This document shows, piece by piece, positions 51,001 through 61,400 of a DNA stretch of 64,000 nt; position 1 is the first letter of the stretch; the number at the start of each line of letters is the position of its first letter. The notes below the pieces were generated by a model. It was not told the origin of the DNA. It did not search any database and saw only the letters and a list, made by a program, of their open reading frames with translations. This DNA comes from Nageia nagi (Eukaryota; Plantae; Pinophyta). Location of the stretch: positions 202,058,001 to 202,122,000 of the forward strand of contig JBITNC010000001.1 of assembly GCA_050084985.1 (NCBI GenBank). Direction: 5' to 3'. The position numbers and the translations under genes are program-made.

Positions 51001-51831
51001 ATGGCCATGACTTGGATGACATCAACTCTAGCTTCTTTGAAAAGCTTTTCTTGCCTTGATGTTCTTGACCAATGGATTGCACTTGATTGGATGGTGTCCA
51101 TCACATTTAGTAAAAGGATGATGTTAACATGTTTTCACAAAACCTTGGGCTTTTTTGAAACACTATTTCAGCTTTGATGTTCCAGACCATTGGATTGCAC
51201 TTGATTGGATGGTGGTTGTGACTCTTGGATTTGATGATGTTATTATGAGAAAAAAGGAAGCCTGAGACTTACTCATTTCGGAACATTTGGAATGCTTTGT
51301 AAAATTCTGACCTAGAACATAGAATCTTATTTATTTGATTGAAAGACTTATATTTAAGCATTAAATGCTGAATTCACTACTAGGAGCTTTTATTGACTAC
51401 AGTTAGTAATAGAATAATCAAATTTTGATTATCATTCTAGATTGTACTTGCTATGACATTCAGATATGTATTTGTTTTAGTACACATTCATGTCTACTAA
51501 ACTTTGCATTAGATTTAGACTGCCACATAACCACTTGGTGCCTACTAAATGTCAAAGTAGATGCAGACCGTAACATGACTTCAAGGACAATCATCTTTGA
51601 TTATTCAAAGTTTTTTTCTTTGAAACTTCCTTGTCTTTTCATATCCAACTTTACAATTTTTTGTTCTCTATAATTGTCTTTGAAATTTTTTAAGAGTTCT
51701 ATTCATGCATATTTGAGAAGTGCTTATTTACTTCACAGCTGAAGAATGCATATGCAGTTGCCAAATTGCGAAAACTTACAGGATACTCCAAAGAAAAGTT
51801 CTATCAAGAGGCTATACAACGGTATAAGGAG
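2958..51831 (+). CDS. MRPL45: Mitochondrial ribosomal protein mL45 / Tim44-like domain protein, partial multi-exon gene (6 exons seen; 5' and 3' exons not found in window)
   Basis: The spliced peptide is ...[16 protein letters not shown]|[18 protein letters not shown][fs]AEPISFLHR|[17 protein letters not shown]|[31 protein letters not shown]. It matches, from memory, the plant Tim44-related/mL45 signature (SPGxxxEPY..RE.I..WRRWFTR.GW.RTKED...LK.AYA.AKLRK.GYSK..FY.EA...YKE). All junctions are AG/GT with compatible phases except for a 1-nt deficit in exon 15328-15409. Confidence 0.88.
3283..3353 (+). CDS. MRPL45: mL45 exon (G)[23 protein letters not shown]
   Basis: T-rich tract plus gacag acceptor and gtaagg donor; 71 nt, phase 1/0. 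Confidence 0.72.
3820..3897 (+). CDS. MRPL45: mL45 exon [26 protein letters not shown]
   Basis: tacag acceptor and gtgagt donor; 78 nt, phase 0/0. RTFTVQAK resembles the RxMTTQAK segment of plant homologues. Confidence 0.8.
4290..4671 (+). mobile_element. Truncated LTR (U3 part), related to the LTRs at 18693 and 20906
   Basis: It shares GCACACGAATCACAC...GATTAGAAGAT..CTATA with 19324-19400. It is cut at its TATA box by the element ending at 4672. Confidence 0.55.
5123..6324 (+). mobile_element. Solo LTR (1.2 kb), nested
   Basis: TGTGACGTCC...CCATCACA termini, a GGAAA/AGAAA 5-bp TSD and a TATAAATAG box at ~5560. It is related to 24107-24959. Confidence 0.85.
7268..10295 (-). pseudogene. Disrupted ~1000-codon ORF of unknown family (LTR-borne gene), copy 1
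   Basis: Consecutive minus-strand ORF pieces (9792-10013, 9279-9767, 8796-9158, 8369-8785, 7948-8169, 7696-7938, 7268-7738) form one gene broken by stops and frameshifts. Its N-terminal half aligns with 27310-28895. Confidence 0.85.
10473..10479 (-). promoter_or_regulatory. TATA box of the LTR-borne gene, copy 1
   Basis: Minus-strand CTATAAAAGAGGGCA is identical to copy 2 at ~27137 and lies ~180 bp upstream of the ATG. Confidence 0.65.
10690..11655 (+). mobile_element. Ty1/copia reverse-transcriptase fragment (degenerate)
   Basis: Motifs [59 protein letters not shown] and VCVDDL. Confidence 0.9.
12380..13830 (+). mobile_element. Ty1/copia integrase-RT relic
   Basis: Motifs [43 protein letters not shown] and GLKQASKAW. 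Confidence 0.85.
15328..15409 (+). CDS. MRPL45: mL45 exon [26 protein letters not shown](R), with apparent 1-nt deletion
   Basis: ttcgcag acceptor and gttggt donor, with the conserved SPG...EPY motif. The exon is 82 nt where 83 is needed to join the next exon in frame. Confidence 0.85.
16540..16923. mobile_element. Old MITE-like relic related to 414-785
   Basis: It has a similar left terminus and GAGTC/AAGTC-rich subterminal repeats. Confidence 0.3.
17220..20400 (-). mobile_element. Degenerate Ty3/gypsy-derived element (3' LTR ~17220-17615, PPT, decayed internal region), interrupted by a solo LTR
   Basis: A minus-strand PPT (GAAGGAGGAAGGCA) is followed by TGTTATGAC at 17615. The internal region has decayed integrase-C-terminal and gag-like sequence, with a PBS-like TGGTAATAGAGT at ~20387-20398. 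Confidence 0.5.
18693..20022 (+). mobile_element. Solo LTR (1.33 kb)
   Basis: TGTAATGTCCC...GGGATCATCATA termini with a perfect TTGGA TSD (18688-18692 / 20023-20027); TATA at ~19393. Confidence 0.9.
20906..23700 (-). mobile_element. Ty3/gypsy-derived element: 3' LTR 20906-22313 (same family as 18693), PPT and decayed internal region
   Basis: The LTR is the reverse-complement homologue of 18693-20022. On the minus strand, TTGCTTCGGGACAAGCAA and the PPT GGAGGGGCAGA directly precede it. Confidence 0.75.
22774..23447 (+). mobile_element. Truncated TGTTGTG-family LTR 5' end with degenerate repeats
   Basis: The start TGTTGTGCCCGCACAACACACCCCAAAAT matches 56411 and resembles 25399 and 39648. No TSD is visible. 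Confidence 0.65.
24107..24959 (+). mobile_element. LTR related to 5123-6324
   Basis: TGTGACGTCCC...GGTCATCACA termini; 24350-24600 aligns with 5600-5850. No matching TSD. Confidence 0.75.
25017..25398 (+). mobile_element. Truncated LTR 5' part
   Basis: TGTAACATCCC start and the GGACCC..GTGAGC..GGGAC box shared with other LTRs here. It is interrupted at 25399. Confidence 0.55.
25570..26990. repeat. Array of ~50-bp imperfect palindromes (GGCGCATGTTTTGAGGGACATGC-TTTT-GCACGTCTCCTAAAACGTGCGCC) with AAATTGACTAAGT motifs
   Basis: Units are at ~25585, ~25795, ~25950, ~26425, ~26530 and ~26855. There is also a near-exact ~41-bp tandem duplication at ~25873-25950. Confidence 0.8.
27310..28895 (+). 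pseudogene. LTR-borne gene copy 2, N-terminal ~530 codons, disrupted
   Basis: ORFs 27394-28146, 28462-28665 and 28702-28890 give peptides nearly identical to copy 1 (e.g. [44 protein letters not shown]). Confidence 0.88.
28896..33630 (-). mobile_element. TGTTG/AACA-family LTR-like unit, copy 3 (second subfamily, 5'-truncated)
   Basis: The minus-strand end is ...GAAAAATATTCCAACA at 28896. R/U5 blocks (AGGACCGATGCAAT; AATGAGACCC..TATAG) are shared with 43026-43950. TATA is at ~29938-29944 and the ORF at 32837-30118. Confidence 0.7.
30118..32837 (-). pseudogene. LTR-borne gene copy 3 (~900 codons, disrupted)
   Basis: ORFs 32121-32837, 31758-31949, 31475-31801, 30935-31198, 30577-30801 and 30202-30438. 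The motifs [29 protein letters not shown] and YASDRLILM are shared with copies 1 and 2. Confidence 0.85.
34022..34073 (+). CDS. MRPL45: mL45 exon (R)[17 protein letters not shown]
   Basis: atatag acceptor and gtacat donor; 52 nt; conserved WFTRxGWxRTKED motif. Confidence 0.9.
36040..36485 (+). mobile_element. L1-type LINE ORF2 C-terminal (zf-RVT) relic
   Basis: [10 protein letters not shown]...ALMVDNIRK and [10 protein letters not shown] match the plant LINE zinc-binding region. Confidence 0.75.
39648..42549 (+). mobile_element. Solo LTR (2.9 kb) of the TGTTG/AACA family, without ORF
   Basis: T(A)TTGTG...GAAAAACATCCCAACA termini with a GGAGC/AGAGC TSD. Removing it restores the RNase H frame FLE|QQDL. 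TATA at ~41586. Confidence 0.9.
39840..41230. repeat. ~71-bp tandem array in the solo-LTR U3 (GCGCAAGT..AGACA..TGAC..ACTTGCGCC units)
   Basis: Units at ~40126, 40254, 40326, 40468, 40540, 40609, 40740, 40811, 40883, 40956 and 41025. Confidence 0.8.
43026..45430 (-). mobile_element. Truncated TGTT/AACA-family LTR inserted in the integrase
   Basis: The minus-strand end is ...GGAAAGATTTCCTTCCAAACA at 43026. It is homologous to 28896-29950 and has a TATA at ~43943. Its other end is deleted together with the host integrase core. Confidence 0.75.
44640..45430. repeat. ~184-bp tandem array (>4 units), with short ~38-bp repeats at 44333-44450
   Basis: The AAACTTGCT(C/T)AAA anchor recurs at 44644, 44828, ~45013, ~45197 and 45381. 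Confidence 0.85.
47100..50845 (+). mobile_element. 5'-truncated Ty1/copia (GAG-pre-integrase, integrase, RT, RNase H, 3' UTR, 3' LTR from 50364)
   Basis: Motifs [58 protein letters not shown] and STTEAEY. PPT AAGGAGGAG is followed by TGTTGG at 50364; TATAAATAG at ~50568. Confidence 0.92.
50870..51230. repeat. ~100-120-bp degenerate tandem repeat (TGGATT(A/G)CACTTGATTGGATGGTG), ~4 units
   Basis: The core recurs at ~50870, ~50980, ~51073 and ~51191. Confidence 0.65.
51739..51831 (+). CDS. MRPL45: mL45 exon [31 protein letters not shown]
   Basis: ttcacag acceptor and gtaaca donor; 93 nt, phase 0/0; conserved AYAxAKLRKxGYSKxxFY motif. Confidence 0.92.
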
Positions 51832-52269
51832 GTAACATTTGATTTGTTTTGGTTCAAAATTATAAAATGTAGTTATTTTTCTGTCATAAATTATTAAGGA
51901 CATAGTCTTCTATGATGACTGCTTTCTATCTTTTTGTATTCATTACATGCTCAGAATCAGGGTCTTTAAAGGATTATAACCTCGTGTAATGTCTGTGTAG
52001 AGAGTGGTATATATGTTTCATTAATATTGATTTGAGTCTGATCGTGATTAATTCTAGTTGGGTGATCAACTAACTCCATTCTTGACTACTTAGATAATTC
52101 ACATGAATGTGTGAATGAACTCGCTGTAATGTATATAAAAAAATAATTATTACCATAGAAGAAATGAAGCTATCAAAAAGGAAAAATAGAGGCTTTTGTA
52201 ACCTGAGAATCAATTTGTAAACTGTTGAGCGTAGGAGGACTTGGATTGCTGTCATTGTCAGTATTAGGA

Positions 52270-55200
52270 GACAGAAGTTTGAAGACTTTAAAATAGTTTA
52301 TAGTAGGTGGTCTGTTGATGCTACAACAAAGTGGATGATAAATTTAGGAAGGACAGTTGATAACTTTGTTAAAACATTTCAGTTCTCTTGGCTGGAAACT
52401 AATAGAGCATTCACCAATCTAGAAAGATTTGACAATCTGGTAAATATCATCACCATTGGCAGTTTAGTAGAGCTTAATTCAGAGAGAAAAGATAGTTTGT
52501 GAAACATAGTTAACTCCACTTAACTTGAGGACAAACTATAATATGCATATAAATTTAAGGGCTCTACCAATTGTATCAACTAACAGTTATGATTGAATCA
52601 CACGTGAATGCATAAATGATGCTGTGACAACTTTTGGCAGAAAATAAGGTAAGCTAGCAATCCTTTGGATTTAATCCAAAATTAGGAGAAATTTATTTAT
52701 TTTCCTAGAAATATTTTTGAATTGTCCAGCTTTTTGCTTTCCATTCATAATTATTTTGCTCTTTGGGCTAGAGATGCTTATTTTTTTCTTGATTTGGGAA
52801 GATATAAAAGGGTGGGGAACCTGAAGAGAACCCTTTTGATTCAAAAAAAGATTAATATTTCACTTCAAAGGATGATGTCAGAAGATTTAGAAATGAAATG
52901 GAATGAAATATTATTAATGTCCATGGTGGCCCAAAGATGATCCAAGGGACTATGAAAAGGACACTGCAATAACGACAATTGAGCGGGCAAAAATGCCCAA
53001 CACATAAACAATGAGGATCACAATGTTATCATCTATGCTTTTGACACAGTGTCAGTTTAGAAAGACTCTTTCTGAAACCTGAAGTCCATAGATATTGATC
53101 AATTATAATGTGACAGGCTTGATGAGCTTGTTTCAGTCCATACAAGGGCTTCATTATTTTGTAAAGCAGATTTTCCTTTCTATGGATCTAAAACCTTGTG
53201 GTTGCATCATATACACCTCGCTGAAATTTTCATTCAGAAAGGCATTAATCACATCCTTTCGATACACATTCCATTCAAACTAGGCATTGAGGCAATAATG
53301 GAGATTAATAGATTTATGCTCACAAGCTTGGTAGCAAAAGTTTATTTGTAGTCCACTCCCACTTGCTATGCATTTTGTCTTTCTTCATGGTGAGCCTTAT
53401 ACTTAGTCAAAGATATATCTTCTTTGCATTTCACCTTTTGCACCTATTTGCATGTTTCCTCATATATGCTAGATTCAAAGAATTTAAAACTGTTCGAAGG
53501 GTTGAAAAGAGTTCAAGGTAGAGTAAAATTGACATGCTCTAGATCATCGGCGGTTTGCATATTTTAACTCCTTGTTTGTCTGTCATCATCTTGTTGATGT
53601 GGTACGATATTTCCATGAATATTCTACAACATGGAATATAACCACTTTGGTTCCCTTCTTTAATAAATTTGTTGCAAGGGTGGAGAGCATGCAATATTCT
53701 GCTTCCCTTGAACAACATTAGTAGTTCCCTTTTTGGGCATAAATTTTGTTTTGTAGATTCAGTTTCTTGCTCAAACTTAGAATTAGAAGAAGGGATGTTC
53801 AACTGCTTAAAATCTAGTCAGTCCTAATCATCCAAATAACTTTGTTGCACTATCAGGAAAAATGGTTTGTTATTACCTATAAAAACATCTCTACAAACCA
53901 CGTGTATGTAAATAGAAACATTTAACAACATTAAGCCGTTGGGTTTTTTACTATGCCCTGGAAACAGATAATTCTTTGATTTTGCTTCCAGCTTTTTTTG
54001 CCTGCTTTTCATCAGGTTAGACAAGCATAAGCTGCAAAACCAAACACATGAAAATGACTTATCTGAGGTATGCACCTGGTCCATTCATCCTGATGTGTAA
54101 GCCCCTTCACAACATTACAAGTACTTCTCTTAAGAAACTATGTCATCATTTGTATTGTTACAGTCAAGTTCTATATGGTTCTTTGTTGGGAAGCATGTCT
54201 TTCTCCTTTTGTATCACAATACAAGCCCTAGCTTGTTCACAAACTAAGAGAATTTCTTGGGAGAAAACTCTTCTTCATTATTGGTGTGCATAGTAATTTG
54301 CTTTTTACCAAGTTTTTGAAGACATCAAACTGTAGAAAGCAATAAGAATTCTTAAGGAAGTAAACTCACATTTTACTTTACAAATTGTCATCAAGGATAT
54401 GGTACATTGCTCCTCCTGTTGGTGTAGACATTAGACCACAAAGGTTTGTATCCACCGAATCTAATATCTCGCTTGTCCTCCATGCTTGTACAAAGTGAAA
54501 AGCTTGGTTTTGTTGTTTCCCAACCAAGCATCGTGCACAAAAACTATGGAGTCTTGAAAGGTAGGCAGTCCATACATGATATTAGTCTTGTTTGATGTTT
54601 GCAGATACTCAAATTTGAGTGGATGAAACCACTCATTTGACATTTTACTATCATTAACATGCACAATCATAGTTTTTATCCCATTTGTTTCTATGCGACA
54701 GAGCATATATAGATCTCGTTTTCCTGCAACAATGTTTTTTTTGTTTATCCTTCACCACAAATGTATTAGCATGATAAACTACATCCATATTTGGATTATT
54801 CTTAGTGATGTCGCTAATAGACAATAAATTTTTCTCCATTCTAGTAAACATAAAGCACATTATGAAAACATATTTGGCACTATTTTGTGGATAAATTATG
54901 ACATGAGCATGTTGTTTAACTTGATTGCTATAACTTGCATTGTAAAAGGGTACGAGCCCTTTCAAACACTGTTTTTACCATAAGCAAAAGAAAAAAAAAT
55001 TTGATTGGCATAGCCATAAGCAAAAGCACCATGCAATATATACAGATATGGACACTTCTCCTTCAAAAGCGACAATAGAGAACTCCTCATCAGATTCTTT
55101 CTCCATTTGAAAGTATTTGCTTATTTATACCCCTTTATAGGATCCATGTCATGTTGTCTCTTTTGACTCATGTTTTTCTGGTGACCAAATTCATGACAAT

Positions 55201-55530
55201 AAAAACACGTAAGTTTGAGTTTGCAATGGCTGTCCTTGCATGTCTTTCATAAGACTAGGATGCCTTTTTTTTTCCTTTGAACTTTGTGGAAAAAGCACTC
55301 TCAATGCTATGAGACACACCCTCTCTCATTTTCATCCAATAATGTTTGTTTTATAACAAAGGAGAGAAATATGTGAAAAATTATCTATTGTGTAGTGCAG
55401 TAAAAGTTGAATGAGTACATAGATTACTGAAAGGAGGAAGGTAAAAGGTGTAAAACAATAGCAACGAGGTCTTCATCAACTACTGATTTTTCTATGGCAG
55501 CCAACTGTTTACTAAGAGCTTTAACATTCT
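52270..55530 (-). mobile_element. Highly degenerate Ty1/copia (gag, zinc knuckle, integrase, RT, RNase H remnants)
   Basis: Minus-strand motifs KQLAAIEKSVVDEDLVAIVL (gag), CFYCHEFGH (zinc knuckle), DVINAFLNENFSEVYMMQPQGF (RT) and a DIFT-like RNase H end. Confidence 0.75.
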
Positions 55531-56410
55531 GAAGATGTCATTATCCTGTGTTCGTGCATTGTAACTACAAATGGCCTGTTTTTTAGGTAAAATACTTGAC
55601 TTTTGCTTTGAGGTCTGGTGCTTTTCTTAAAGGTTATTCCAGGGTGTTGTTGTTTAGGTACTAATAATTGTGATAATGTTTGGAGGGAATCCAAATATGC
55701 ACTTTCTGAATTACTTTGAAATAAAAATTGGTTATGTGAAATTGCATACGAGGGTTGCATAACTAATAATTACATAATTGATGATTATTTAGTTACTTAG
55801 TCCATATACTCAGTTTATAACTGTATACACTAAACACTTAAAAGTGATTTTTTATTTATCATAAAATCATATTTTTGGTATTTAGAATAAAATAATTCAA
55901 ATAGCAAGGATGAGGTGTCAAGCATTGTATAAAAGGAGGAGCAAGGTGTGGCATTCCCTATCAAGATTCTTGGGTGATCAGATATACACTCAATCTGAAT
56001 AGGTGGACATTGAGATTGAATTCCATATCATTACACAAATGATGTCGCTTGATGCCACCTATTCAAGGATCTATTTACTACCTTGCGCATGATTGAGTTG
56101 TTCTTGTTTCATTGCAATATTCTTTAGGATCAGACATATTGGTGATATTGTGTTGGAAAATCCTGTGCGTTATTATTCTGAGATATTTTGGTGGCTAGAT
56201 TTGAAAATTAGTTTGTCGTGGAGCTTGAGGTGTTAGGTTAGAGATCTATTCATTTGGGATCTGACCCAATTTGTGGATTTGTGAAGAGTATCATTCCAAT
56301 CGGTGCAAGATTTGGCTTTTGTAGATAATAAGTGAATTATTAAGTTAATTCATTTTGTTTTGTCTACAATAACTACCCAAGTACCTAATAAGCCAAACAC
56401 ACATGGTTGT

Positions 56411-57480
56411 TGTTGTGACCGCACAACACACCCTAAAATTGAAGATTTTTGGGAAACCTATTTTGGCTTAGACAATGAGGAAAATTGTCTAAAAGATGAT
56501 TAATAAGATGGTTTTGAAGGGTTCAAAGTGGTGAAACGATGTATGGAGGTTACCCATGGGAGGTCTTGAGATGGTTCAAAGTGCTAAGTCACTAGTTTTG
56601 GAGCTATAAAGAGCCAAAATTTGAGAAAAACATTTGAAGTACATGTTTCTGGGTCTTTGAAATTCCCACTAAAAAAGATGAAAATGTCTTTTTAGTAGTT
56701 TGAGGTTGACTTGCATTTTCTAAGTCTTTTGAAACCTCAATCTAAGAAAGTATGTGATCACTAGGCTTAGGGGTATGATCTCAAGCTATAAGGACTTCTA
56801 ACTTCCAAAAATTGCACTTTTAAGGCATGGGCGCACATTTTGAGGCTTTGGATATCTCAAACAAGGAAAATGTGCGCCTATGGAAAGATGAGCTCATTTT
56901 GATCTTTAGAAAAAATGTGAATTCCGACAAGATAAGCTTGTTGTGGGAGAAAGGGCGTATGCTTTTAGTCTTGGAAGTTTTGAAAAATAGTCAAATTTGC
57001 ACCCTCTAAACCTAGGCACACATTTTGAGGCATTGGACACTTCAAAGTTCAAAAATGTGCGCTTACTTGAAAAATACACTTTTTGATCCTTAGAAAATGT
57101 GAAATTTCAAATTTGAAAATGCAAGCTTGTTAAGGAAGGTATTGTGCATGTTTTGAAACTTGGAAGTTTTGCAAAATATTCAAAATTTCACTCCCTAGAC
57201 CTAGGCTCACATTTTGAGGCTTTAGACATTTCAAACTTGAAAAATGAGATTATTTTGACCTTAGGAAAATGTGAAATTTGAAAATGCAAGCATGTTAAGG
57301 GTGGTTTGGTGAATGTTTTTAGTCTTCGAAGTTTTTAAAATTAATCAAAATTGCACTCTTCAACACTAGGCACACATTTTAAGCAATTGAAGTCATCAAA
57401 GATGAAAAAAGTGCGCCTAGGTGAAGAAATAAACTCCAAAGAGGAAAAAAGTGTGCCCAAAGTGGAAAGTCAAGGACCAA
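56411..57480 (+). mobile_element. Truncated TGTTGTG-family LTR 5' end with ~165-190-bp tandem array
   Basis: The start is TGTTGTGACCGCACAACACACCCTAAAAT. GGCGCACATTTT...AAAATGTGCGCC-type units occur at ~56830, 57015, 57205 and 57370. Confidence 0.75.
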
Positions 57481-57509
57481 TGAGGTGATGCCAAGTGTTA
57501 AAAAATTGG

Positions 57510-58440
57510 TAGGCAACCAAGCACATTTTTCGATATTTGAGAGGTACCACACACTTTGGTTTATCCTATATATGTTGTTCCACAGAGTTGGTGGGGTATA
57601 TTGATTTAGATTGGGCAGGTTTAGTTGTTGACAGGCGTTCCACTACTGGTTATGTCTTCTATCTTGGTTCTTCTCCTATTTCTTGGTCATGCAAGAAGCA
57701 ACGGGCTATTGCATTATCATCTACAGAGGTAGAGTATAGGGCAGCAGTTACAGCTAGTCAAGAGGCTCTTTGGCTTTGCCAGTTATTAGCCGAGTTTGGT
57801 TTTTCCTAAGATTGACCTACTGTACTTTGGTGTGATAACCAAAGTGCCATTCATATTTCCCGCAATCTTGTTGAGCATCAGCGGACCAAGCATATTGAGA
57901 TTCACATGCACTTCATTCGACAACATATTCAGGATGGGATTCTCATCTTCGATTATCTTCCAAGTCAGCAGCAGATTGTCGACATCTTCACAAAATCCTT
58001 TGCATCTCCTCGCTTCCTTGAGTTGCATGATTTGCTTGGGATGATGGAAGTTGTCCTTGGGGGGTGTTGATTGAGGACATATTCCTCTCCATCATTCTTC
58101 TTCTTCTTCTTCTTTTTCTTTTTATCTACTGGTAGATGATTTTTCCCCATGTGGTTTTTTCATCATCTTTCAGTAGATTTTTTGGACATATTGTACATGG
58201 GTACCTAATCAGGCCTTGTTGCCGGGACTCATATTTGTGGATGTGCCACCTTTTTTAGCTCCTAGTCTCACTTAAGGGGGGGTATTAGAGTTTATTTATT
58301 TTTCTCATGTATTTATTTCCTACTTAAGTATTACTAGGATATTAGGTGTCTTTCTTTTGTCCTCTTCCTAGTATATTTAGTCATTAACAAATTCTTGTTA
58401 TTTCTCCAGGCTGTTCTTTGTATGCACCATTCCTATTTAT
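57510..58440 (+). mobile_element. Ty1/copia RNase H fragment with 3' UTR, PPT and LTR start
   Basis: Motifs VGYIDLDWAG..DRRSTTGY, ALSSTEVEY, WCDNQSAI and QIVDIFTK. PPT TTAAGGGGGGG at ~58272. Confidence 0.85.
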
Positions 58441-58459
58441 TCATGGTGCTTCTACGAAT

Positions 58460-61400
58460 GAATTTAATTAGTTTTCAGCTTCTCTTCATTGTTTGTTGTG
58501 ATGCTTTGCAAATTCTGTGATCTTGGGTGAATGATTGTTTTGCCTTCTTGGCCATCATTCTCTTCATGAACATGCGGACTCTTATCTTTTACCCATTCAA
58601 GTCTTCTCATCCTTGCGAACCAAGGAAACGAAACAAAGCCAAGTGTACTGCTGTTACAAAAAGGAAAAGTACTGTTGTACCTTCTTAAGTTCGTCATGCT
58701 TTCCTGTCCCAAATCCGAGTGTGTGACTTTTCCCAATGTGTTCCTTTCATACTGCTGCCCATGGACTGAATGCAATATCAAGGTCTGATTTCTTTTTCCA
58801 ATTATACTATGAATCTTATCAAACAAAACATAGAATATGTATCTACAGACAACCCTCATTGTGCCAAGTCATATTGGCATACAAACCACCAACTTGTGAT
58901 TTCCCATCATTGCCAAACAAAAGTGCCATCACACCTCTTTAATATTATCATGCTTTGCTGCCCATGAACTGAGTGAAATAGCTGGGTCTGACCTGTCTTT
59001 TGAAGCATGACATAATCCGCATCAAATGAAGCATGAAACATACTTTTATATGCAATCATATCAAGTGATATTATTATGCTAACTTCCAATGCTATCTTTT
59101 TACTTCTTTTCATTATTGCAACCCAAAGGAAAGCACTGAAACATTGAGTACTTCTGTTGGAGAGATGAAATGAACTACCATATCTTCTAGGAGTAGTCAT
59201 ACGTTGCTGTAGTGATGGTTGGTATTGTAGCAAGGCCTGAAATCCCTTTCTAAACTTGGTGTTACATCCATTACATGAAACAAGAAATGCTTCTCCAATA
59301 TTGGCACAAATTGTGCCCTGCAATGTGCCCAAAGAACTATCATGGCTTTCTTCAAGGAAAGCCTTAGAATTTAGCTTCTCCACTTGCTTTAATATTTTGT
59401 TCATCAACATTCTATAACTGATTAAATGCAAAAGCACTATCGTCAATTACTTCATGCTGTCTCCCATGTTCTTCAAGTCTTGGAGGAAACAACTTGTCCA
59501 CTATGTATCCAATTATCAAGAAACCTTATGTATTCTTCAAATTTTGATAAAATATGTATCTTGCCATCCCTAGTGACTATCAATTGCTCTTTCCAATTAC
59601 AAATGTCAAACCCATACTAAGTAAAAGAGTTGTTGTCATACCTTTGGTTGATCATTCGCTTAAGAACTTAATCTACGAGTAGCCTATCATTGAATATGTG
59701 CAAACGAGAAATGGTGGCCTTTTGTTTATTAAAGATCAGATTCTCAAGAAGCACCAAGCAGTCATTTATTTTGGACAAAGCGTGTCCCTCATGTTCAGCA
59801 GTCACTATTAATTGTTCTCTCCAACCTTCCTTGCAAGTATCAAGACTTACATGAACTAGTATCAAAATGTGTGCAAAGATTAGTATTTGATTCATACTTG
59901 TTATGGGTGTCATCATCTTCCTTATGGTACATTAAATATGAAGCTTCGACATCTTCTGAATCCCACTCCCAATTTCCCCTACCAAATTCTTGTATTTTGC
60001 CCATGGAGTAGCTCTCAAAATTCAGACTTGTAACATGAATGTCTTCTACCCCTTTTTCCACATTCTTCATCATGAAATCTATATCACTTTGTTATTTAAC
60101 CACCTTATGTAGTAATATGTCATTGTCATTGTCTTCAACACTGATCTCTTTCTCTAAATGACTATTGGCTGCCTTTTTGATATCTTATTGGCATGATTCC
60201 TCTTTTGGCAAGACAAGGTCTTCTTTGCTTGTCATAGTTTCCATACAACGCTCATGAACCAATATATCTTCAGTAATGGTATGTGCTTCAAAAGAATTGT
60301 TTTGTAAATATAAACGGTGAGATGTTTTCTTCATGTGATATCTTTGTTATGAGCTGCTGTCCCTTGATGGTGAAGAATCCGTTTGTGCCATTCATAGTTG
60401 CCAATGTTTCTGAATTTGGGTCTGAACCTTGAGCTGAGTTTGTGACTGATTTTCTTTTGTAGGGTGGTTGATAAATCTATTTTGGATTTCCCTTTGATGA
60501 CATAGCTGAAGATTCAAGTGCTAGATTGCATTTTTCAAAGTGAAGGGGTTAAAGGCTTGGACCAAACTTTTTAGTGGTTCTCCAATCTTTTCATGAAGAT
60601 AGCAATTATTCTTTTCTCAGAAATGTGGGATACCTTTTCCGAGATCCTTTGAAAGTCTCAAGCATATACTTCCATGGTTGTCACTTGCCGAAGAAGAGTC
60701 AAGTCTTTCAAGAAGTTGTCTTCCTTTTTTCTTTTAAACCGTTCACAGATCATTTGGCTAAATTCTTCAAAAGTGGAAATGCTTTCATGCTCCAAAGTAG
60801 TGAGGCCTTTATGCAACCATTCATATGCTATGTCCTTGAAGTGACGTGAAGCATATTGTATTGCATCTCTTCTATTCATGGGATGAAAAGTGAAGTCAGT
60901 CTTCATCTTTCGTAGCCAAGCCTCGATAGGGATGTTGCTTCCGTTTAACATAGGTACTCGTAGATACTTTTAGTACTTGCTCCTTTCATTGATCGTTTTT
61001 CTCAAGATGTTCATATAGCTTTCAAATGAAATGTTTAGCTTTAAATCAAATGAAATGGTTAACAATCCTACCATAGTCTTCAATTGTTCCTGTGTAAAAG
61101 CCATTTCTTCAAACCCTAGGTAACATTATGCTCATAGGCTGGCAGGACTTTGAACTCTGATACCATTGTAATGTACCCTTCTAGGACTTATGCTAAACAT
61201 GCACAATTACTCAACCAATTTCGCATTCATTCACAACTTAGGACACCATAGTAAATGCTCATTTACCATACAATAATGCTCTCAAGACTGAAATATTATA
61301 ACTATAACCAGATCTGATATATAGCAATGAAGAAACTCATACAACATGCGAAACCAACCAAATTAGGGCACAACTGCAGATCTGTAACATAACAATAATA

